Assembly (NCBI GenBank): GCA_040752575.1
Contig: JBFMGK010000015.1
Location: forward strand, 1-64,000
Direction of reading: 5' to 3'
Source of the DNA: Candidatus Bipolaricaulota bacterium
Lineage (GTDB): Bacteria; Bipolaricaulota; Bipolaricaulia; UBA7950; UBA9294
DNA: 64,000 bases
Positions 58,105 through 64,000 of the stretch are shown here, piece after piece (the stretch's first letter is position 1; every line of letters begins with the position of its first letter). A program made the translations under genes and the position numbers. The notes below the pieces were generated by a model. It had not been told where the DNA came from, made no database searches, and saw only the letters and a list, made by a program, of their open reading frames with translations.

Positions 58105-58719
58105 ATGGCGAAGGTTCTTGTTGGCTTGGGCGTCGTCGCCGCAGCGGTCGTCTTGGTCCTCGGAGCGTTGGGGGGGCCGTCGAAGGCCATCGCCGGCCTC
58201 ACCGACGAGATCCGCAACGAGATCATTCCCGTGGAGGGGACGGAAACGTCCTATGGGATCCCGCTGTCTCTCACATCGTTGCCGCAGTTCATCGCGTGGT
58301 GGACGACGAAGGTCCCGCAGGTCGAGAACGAGGCCGACTACGGATGGGCTCTTGGCTCGCTGGTCGCGCCCTGCTGCGACGACAACCCCGTCTTCCATTG
58401 CTGCTGCGAAGGCGGCCCCGGACAGGCGTGCAACCTCATCCGGAGCGCCAAGGGACTGGCCGCGCACCTGTTTCTGGACCTTGAGTACTCGGCGGACGAG
58501 GTCCGCGAGAGCGTCTACGAGTGGCTCCGCTTCGCTCGTCCCGATTACTACGTAGCTGCAGAACTCGCAACTCGCGGGGAGAACCCGGCGGCGTACGGTC
58601 TTACGACGCAAGGCTCGTGTTATCGAGGTCTCTGCAACACGCCGATCAGCCAGGGCGGCTGTGGCGGCATGAACGCAGACGAGATCCTCGAGCCGACGCT
58701 CACCGATCAGGACGCCTAG
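58105..58719 (+). CDS. Hypothetical exported Cys-rich protein
   Basis: SD CAGGAGGT; N-terminal hydrophobic segment; APCC, HCCC, ACNL, GSCY, LCN, GCGGM. Confidence 0.8.
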   Translation: MAKVLVGLGVVAAAVVLVLGALGGPSKAIAGLTDEIRNEIIPVEGTETSYGIPLSLTSLPQFIAWWTTKVPQVENEADYGWALGSLVAPCCDDNPVFHCCCEGGPGQACNLIRSAKGLAAHLFLDLEYSADEVRESVYEWLRFARPDYYVAAELATRGENPAAYGLTTQGSCYRGLCNTPISQGGCGGMNADEILEPTLTDQDA

Positions 58720-58733
58720 GGAAGCGCTGGCCG

Positions 58734-60767
58734 TCAGTCCCACATGTCGCGCATGCGCTGACGTACGTCGTCGTCAGGGTCGTAGAACGACCCTAGGTCT
58801 TCCTTCGGCTCCGGTTGCGCGAGCGCGATCTCCTCGACGGACGCGAGGACGTCCTTTGTGAAGAAGCGGCAGAGCTGCGCGTAGCTGTGCGCGTCGCCGA
58901 GCGCATACCACTTGTGGTAGTAGCGCAGGGGCCATGTCACGTACAGGTGGTCCTTCGCCCGCGTGAGCGCAACGTAGGCCAGCCGCCGCTCTTCTTCGAT
59001 CTCCTCTTGCGATCCTGTCGAGAGGTCCGACGGCAGGAAGCCGTCCGCAGCGTGGATCAGGTACACGACGTCCCACTCACAGCCCTTCGCGGAGTGGATG
59101 GTCGACAGCACGAGCCAGTCTTCATCGAGCGTCGGAGCCGCGGCCAGGTCGCTCGTCGACGTCGGCGGGTCGAGCTGCACGTCGGCAAGGAACTGGCCCC
59201 GCGAGCGGTAGCCTCCCGCGATCTGCTCAAGGCTGATGAGGTCGCGTACGCGAGCCGCAGGGTTCTCGTACGTTTTCTCGAAGATCGGGTCGTAGAACCT
59301 GCGGATTCGCTCGACCTGCGCTTCGGGGTTCTTCGCGCCCATGGGAACGAGGTCGTCAAAGACCCCGGCCAAGTCCGCCAGCCCGGCCCGTGCCGCCGGG
59401 GGACCGCCGAACGAGCGTACCGAGCGCGGGTCTCCGCCGTGCAGGCCGACGTGGTCGACGATCCGCGACGCCGTCGTCGGCCCGACCCCGTCCAGAAGGT
59501 CCAAGATGCGGAACCAGGCGAGCTCGTCGCGCGGGTTCTCGAGAACGCGAAGAAACGCGAGGAGGTCTTTCACGTGAGCCGCCTCGAGGAACCGCAGTCC
59601 GCCGTACTTGTGATACGGGATGTTGCGCCGCGCGAGTTCGATTTCGAGCGTGTCCGAGAGGTGGGCGGCACGGAACAGCACGGCCTGTCGGCGCAACGGG
59701 ATGCCCTCTTCGTAGTGGCGCAAGACCTCGTCGACGACGTAGTGATCCTGTTCCGTCGTGTCCTTGCACAGGACCAGTCGCGGTCGCTGATCGCTCGCCC
59801 GCCGAGACCACAGGTCCTTCGTGAATCGCTCGCTCGCCCCGGCAATCAACCGGTTGGCAGTGTCGAGAATCGGAGACACGGATCGGTAGTTCTGCTCGAG
59901 CGTTACGACGGCCGCTCCCGGGAACTGCTTAGGGAAGTCGAGCATGTTCCGCACCGTGGCCCCGCGGAACCGGTAGATGCTCTGCGCGTCGTCACCGACC
60001 ACCATGAGATTCCGGTTGTCGCGCCGCATCCCTAGGAGGATACGTGCCTGAACGACGTTCGTGTCCTGATACTCGTCGACGAGGACGTGATCGAATCGGC
60101 CGTCTAGCTCGGCCGCGAGCCGCGGGCTCTCCAGGAGCGACATCCAATAGAGCAGAAGGTCGTCGTAGTCGAGGACGTTGCGCTCCTGCTTGCGCGCGAC
60201 GTAGCGCTTGAACAGCTCGCGCAGCTCCGCCTCCCAGGCACCGCACCACGGGAAGTCGCGCTCGAGCACATCCTTGAGTTCCTCGCCGCTGTTCACGCGC
60301 CTCGAGTAGATCGCCAGACACGTCCCTTTTCGCGGGAATCGCTTCTCCTTCTCGTGCAGCCCCATTTCGTGGCGGATCAAGTGGATCAGGCTCTCGGCGT
60401 CGCCCTGGTCGAGCACGGTGAAGTCCCGGCTGATGCCAATCGACTCGGCGTACAGCCGGAGAAGGCGGTGGGCCATCGCGTGGAACGTCCCGCCCCAGAC
60501 GCGCCCGGTCGTCGAGGTTCCTCGCGCAACAATCGTCGACGCCCGCTCGAGCATCTCCTGAGCCGCTCTGCGGGTGAACGTCAACAGGAGAATTCGTCCG
60601 GGGTCGACGCCCTGCGAGATCAGGTAGGCGACGCGATACGCCAACGTCTTGGTCTTGCCGGTGCCGGCGCCGGCCACAACCAGCAGGGGGCCGGAGCCGT
60701 GCGTGACGGCCGCGCGCTGTTCGGGATTCAGATCGGAAAGCCACGTTGCGTCCTGCTCGCCCCTCAT
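58734..60767 (-). CDS. UvrD/PcrA-family ATP-dependent helicase
   Basis: AGAGTGKT, LTFTRRAA, VDEYQD, VGDDAQSIY.FRGA, LEQNYRS, STIHSAKG, RRLAYVALTRA. Confidence 0.95.
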   Translation of the reverse strand: MRGEQDATWLSDLNPEQRAAVTHGSGPLLVVAGAGTGKTKTLAYRVAYLISQGVDPGRILLLTFTRRAAQEMLERASTIVARGTSTTGRVWGGTFHAMAHRLLRLYAESIGISRDFTVLDQGDAESLIHLIRHEMGLHEKEKRFPRKGTCLAIYSRRVNSGEELKDVLERDFPWCGAWEAELRELFKRYVARKQERNVLDYDDLLLYWMSLLESPRLAAELDGRFDHVLVDEYQDTNVVQARILLGMRRDNRNLMVVGDDAQSIYRFRGATVRNMLDFPKQFPGAAVVTLEQNYRSVSPILDTANRLIAGASERFTKDLWSRRASDQRPRLVLCKDTTEQDHYVVDEVLRHYEEGIPLRRQAVLFRAAHLSDTLEIELARRNIPYHKYGGLRFLEAAHVKDLLAFLRVLENPRDELAWFRILDLLDGVGPTTASRIVDHVGLHGGDPRSVRSFGGPPAARAGLADLAGVFDDLVPMGAKNPEAQVERIRRFYDPIFEKTYENPAARVRDLISLEQIAGGYRSRGQFLADVQLDPPTSTSDLAAAPTLDEDWLVLSTIHSAKGCEWDVVYLIHAADGFLPSDLSTGSQEEIEEERRLAYVALTRAKDHLYVTWPLRYYHKWYALGDAHSYAQLCRFFTKDVLASVEEIALAQPEPKEDLGSFYDPDDDVRQRMRDMWD

Positions 60768-60875
60768 GAGCCCCCAGGGTACCCGACGGCCGGGGCTCCG
60801 GCTACGGTCGCGTGCGCACAGGTCTCCGGTTAGGGAGCGTAGACGAGCCGAGGTGCGGGAGTCGACTGCCCCGGA

Positions 60876-62984
60876 CTACCGCGGCGTCGTGGCCCCGTAG
60901 ACTGCGCCGCTGTCACCGCTGCAGCCACAAGGGTTGGACGCTTTGACCTTGTACCAGAACTCCTGCCCCGGCTCGAGTCCTTCGTCGACGTACCGCGTTT
61001 CTGTGATCCCCGTCGCGATTGTGGCAAAGGGTCCCTCGCGCGCCGGTGCCCGGCTGACGTTGTAGACCTCGGTGTCCTCCATCGGGAGCCACGTCACCTC
61101 AATGGAGTTGGTGTAGGTTCCCATCGAAGCGCGGACGCCTTCCGGCGCCGCGGGCCGGTAACCATAGCTCCCGTAGATGGTCTTGGACGGGGCGCTCTCC
61201 TCCTCGCCGGCGAGAGCCTGAACCCGATACCAGTAGTCGCCGCAGAGAACGACATCTCGATCCTCCCACGAGGTGCTGTCGGTTTCGATGACCGGTTCAT
61301 AGGTCCCGCGATAGCTCGTTGCTCGCAAAACGCGGTAGCTCTCCGCCCCGCGCACGGTGCTCCAGGAGACCATGACGAGACCATAGGGTCGGCCTCGTGT
61401 GGCATCAAACCAGGAGGGCGGGCTGAGGCGCGTCGGGTCGGGCGGAAGGTCGTAGAACGCCATGCCTTGCGCCTGAGGGCTCAACTCGCTCTTGCCGCAG
61501 CCGTTCTCCGCAAAAACCCGGTAGTTGTACGTCTGTCCCACAACGACGTCGGTGTCCACGAAAAGCGCCTCGGGACCGCTATAGACGTCGTACTGCTGCG
61601 CCGGCACCCTCGGCTGGTCGCTCATGGGCTGCGTCCTCATCAGACGATACGACGTGGCCCCTTCGACAGGCGCCCACTGAACGATCACGGTCGCGGCTTG
61701 CGTACCGCCATCGGTCCAGATCCTCGTCGGAGGCATGGGGACAAGGCCCACGTAGCCGGGAGTCGAGACGGTCTCGAGGCCCAATGCGCCACTGTTGAGC
61801 GAGCGGATGGCGTACGAGTACGGGGTGCATGTCTCGACGTCTCGGTCCTGGAAAGAAAGCCCGCTCGCAACGGCAACTGGCTCGTAGGCCCCGCCAGCCC
61901 TCTCGGCGCGCAGAACCTCGTAGGTCGATGCCCCGGCAGCCGGCTTCCACTCGACGAGAATGCGGTCACCGTAGCTGCCGCGGCTGGCCGACGCCATGCC
62001 GGGCGCGGAGCCGCGCGGCAGGCGGTTCTCTGTCGTCGAGGTTCCCGATGGAGGTAGACCGACCGATGCCCACCCGGCACCCGTCGCCGTGCGGACCAAC
62101 ACGTAGACGGGGTGAATTGCGCCATCCACCTTCACCGAGGCCATCGCCGTCCCGTCTGCGCCCGTCTGCTCCATGGCTTCGAGCAGCCCCGCCAGTTGAG
62201 AAACCGACACGGAGACCGACGTCGCTTCGGCCCAGGATGAGTCTGCCAGCGCGCCCGTCAAGGTCATCCCGCTCTGCTCTAACGCGAGGCGGTCCGCGTC
62301 CGCCAACGCCAAACCCACGATTTCGACCGACGATGTGTCCATGAGAATGGGCGATGGAGAGAGCGTGAGCGGCGCCTCGGGGTCCTCCGATGTCACGATG
62401 TCGCCCCGCGAGACGTATCTCCAGCCCAGGCTGGACATCCAACTCCAGAAGTCGCCCGCCGCGACCGAGGAGAAGGCCAGAAGGTCCTTCGGCGCAGCCA
62501 ACGCGATCTCCGACGATGATGCGCCCTCCGGTACCGGAGGGGTGGGAGTGCACGCCATGCCGTCAAGGACCTGGAGGACGTCGTTCCGCTGGGCCAGCGC
62601 ACGGATCTGGCTGCCCGCGCCTCGCGCAACGAGCAAACCCAGTCCGTAGATCGGCGCAAGTCCAATCTCCCAGGCCATGCCGTCGGCTCGCAGAAGCGCT
62701 AACGTGTTCTCGACGACGGCGTCCTGCGCGACCTGGGACGCCGCTTCGCGTCCGCCTGACAGCCAAGCTCGATGCGAGGTCGCAGCGTACGCCTCGTGCT
62801 GAACGTCGGTGGAAGAGATCCCCAGAACGCTCACCAGAACGGTTCGTTCTTCCGTTGTACCGTTGTCGATCCAACGCAGGACGGACGGCGCGACCTTGTC
62901 TCTCCATGTCCCCGCAGCAGTTAACGCAAGAGCGACAAACCCCAAGCTCAGGACTCCCATGAGGACGATTCGCCGGAAGACCAT
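60876..62984 (-). CDS. Secreted protein with four fibronectin type III-like repeats
   Basis: Signal peptide; four units of A(S/T).G...I.V.W....GA..Y.V.R..D....Y.Y.V.A. Confidence 0.82.
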   Translation of the reverse strand: MVFRRIVLMGVLSLGFVALALTAAGTWRDKVAPSVLRWIDNGTTEERTVLVSVLGISSTDVQHEAYAATSHRAWLSGGREAASQVAQDAVVENTLALLRADGMAWEIGLAPIYGLGLLVARGAGSQIRALAQRNDVLQVLDGMACTPTPPVPEGASSSEIALAAPKDLLAFSSVAAGDFWSWMSSLGWRYVSRGDIVTSEDPEAPLTLSPSPILMDTSSVEIVGLALADADRLALEQSGMTLTGALADSSWAEATSVSVSVSQLAGLLEAMEQTGADGTAMASVKVDGAIHPVYVLVRTATGAGWASVGLPPSGTSTTENRLPRGSAPGMASASRGSYGDRILVEWKPAAGASTYEVLRAERAGGAYEPVAVASGLSFQDRDVETCTPYSYAIRSLNSGALGLETVSTPGYVGLVPMPPTRIWTDGGTQAATVIVQWAPVEGATSYRLMRTQPMSDQPRVPAQQYDVYSGPEALFVDTDVVVGQTYNYRVFAENGCGKSELSPQAQGMAFYDLPPDPTRLSPPSWFDATRGRPYGLVMVSWSTVRGAESYRVLRATSYRGTYEPVIETDSTSWEDRDVVLCGDYWYRVQALAGEEESAPSKTIYGSYGYRPAAPEGVRASMGTYTNSIEVTWLPMEDTEVYNVSRAPAREGPFATIATGITETRYVDEGLEPGQEFWYKVKASNPCGCSGDSGAVYGATTPR

Positions 62985-63211
62985 ACGACCTCCTTCCGGA
63001 CGCGCCGGAAGGACGAGGAAGGCCTAGAGGGTGGCGAGCTTCCCCGTAGATGACGGCGAGTCCCGCACGAGCCCGACCCTATTCCATCATAACACATCCG
63101 TAACGGATATCCAACCTCGTCGAGATCACCTTGCGGATTCGTGCGCGACGGAGAACAATCGTGTAACCAAGGCCCCGTCGCGCAACGCGGGCCGCGCGGG
63201 AGACCAGAGAG

Positions 63212-63790
63212 ATGCCCTCTCGGCCGTATCTGTTCAACACACAATGCCTCGCTGTCCGACGCGCCGTGGCAGACGATGCCCCGTTCATCCTCTCGTTGTG
63301 GAGCGATCCGCAGGTCATGCGCTTCGTTGGGTTTCCCCGCGGCCTTCCGACGGCGGCACGCGACGTCTCACAACGCCTTCGCCTCCCCGGCCGCTCGCCG
63401 CTTCTCGTCGTCGAGTACCGTGAGACGGGCGAGCCGGTTGGACAATGCCTGCTCGGGGCGCCCGACGAGTGCGGCGTCTGCGAGCCGGACATCAAGCTGA
63501 CGCCGTGCCAGTGGGGACGGGGATACGGCACGGAGCTTTGGGTCGCCATCATCGATCAGCTGTTCCTGACGACCGCTTGCGCCGCTGTGCGCGGGACGCC
63601 GAACGTCGCCAACGTCGCCTCGATCCGGATGATGGAGGCGGCGGGCATGCGCCGCGTCGGCGAGGGCCGGTTCGAGTTCCCGTGCTCCATGCAGGCCTAC
63701 ACGGTTCCCGTTCCGCACTTCGTCTACGAGATCACGCGTGCGGCCTGGCAGGGACGCCGAGAAGAAGTCTCCGGCCGAACCAGCGAGTAG
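63212..63790 (+). CDS. GNAT acetyltransferase (RimJ/RimL-like)
   Basis: QWGRGYGTE, NVASIRMMEAAGM. Confidence 0.85.
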   Translation: MPSRPYLFNTQCLAVRRAVADDAPFILSLWSDPQVMRFVGFPRGLPTAARDVSQRLRLPGRSPLLVVEYRETGEPVGQCLLGAPDECGVCEPDIKLTPCQWGRGYGTELWVAIIDQLFLTTACAAVRGTPNVANVASIRMMEAAGMRRVGEGRFEFPCSMQAYTVPVPHFVYEITRAAWQGRREEVSGRTSE

Positions 63791-63814
63791 GATAGCGAGC
63801 AGCGAGGAGGTTCC

Positions 63815-64000
63815 ATGTCCCTTCGTCCGATACGCCTGCCCCAGGATCTGATCCCCGCGGCCGACATGCTCATGCAGACGTTCCAGTATCCGGACCACCC
63901 GGAGTGGGGCGTCCAATCCGACGAGCAGGCGGCTCTGGTCGACTCGATTCGCCGCATGCGCCGCATCTGGCCGATCGTGCGCGCCCTGCAGCTCGTCTCG
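63815..64000 (+). CDS. 5' part of a CDS running off the window, possibly another GNAT
   Basis: SD GAGGAGGT, ATG 63815, open to window end (MSLRPIRLPQDL...). Confidence 0.6.
   Translation, partial: MSLRPIRLPQDLIPAADMLMQTFQYPDHPEWGVQSDEQAALVDSIRRMRRIWPIVRALQLVS

Noticed and set aside
58734..60767. Anti-phage defence helicase (Gabija-like)
   Set aside because: No adjacent nuclease or OLD/TOPRIM gene; ordinary stand-alone UvrD-like protein

Overview
High-GC, gene-dense bacterial chromosome segment with no rRNA, tRNA, CRISPR array, transposase or prophage that I can recognise. A Thermotoga-type Na+-PPase, an Omp-alpha-like SLH protein, a stand-alone SPOUT methylase behind trmD and orphan beta-barrel-like proteins suggest a deep-branching diderm such as Bipolaricaulota (inference only). 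Left part (0.3-18 kb) is housekeeping: ffh-rpsP-khpA-trmD-RNA MTase-rplS-rnhB without rimM, accBC, a CNNM/CBS protein, an M1 peptidase, pheT, tsaE, amrS, an ABC-F ATPase and yggS. The middle holds a 2076-aa Ig-like/Ca-binding repeat surface protein with a beta-barrel-like partner behind an attenuator-like leader, then GNATs, gntR-tpl, a CIRCE-controlled zinc-ribbon gene and hppA. The right part is transport- and regulator-rich (MFS, MMPL/LolA-like, MacB-like, ABC exporters, TetR, MarR) and also carries uvrD and an FN3 protein. The best novelty candidate is a receiver-less, membrane-anchored OmpR-type regulator at 42.4-43.3 kb. It is flanked by two secreted unknown proteins that share the same 3x11-bp direct-repeat box. 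Other notable items are a GTAG-type REP cluster at 1-331, several apparently leaderless genes and two long structured 5' leaders. All family calls are by eye from motifs; no searches were run.
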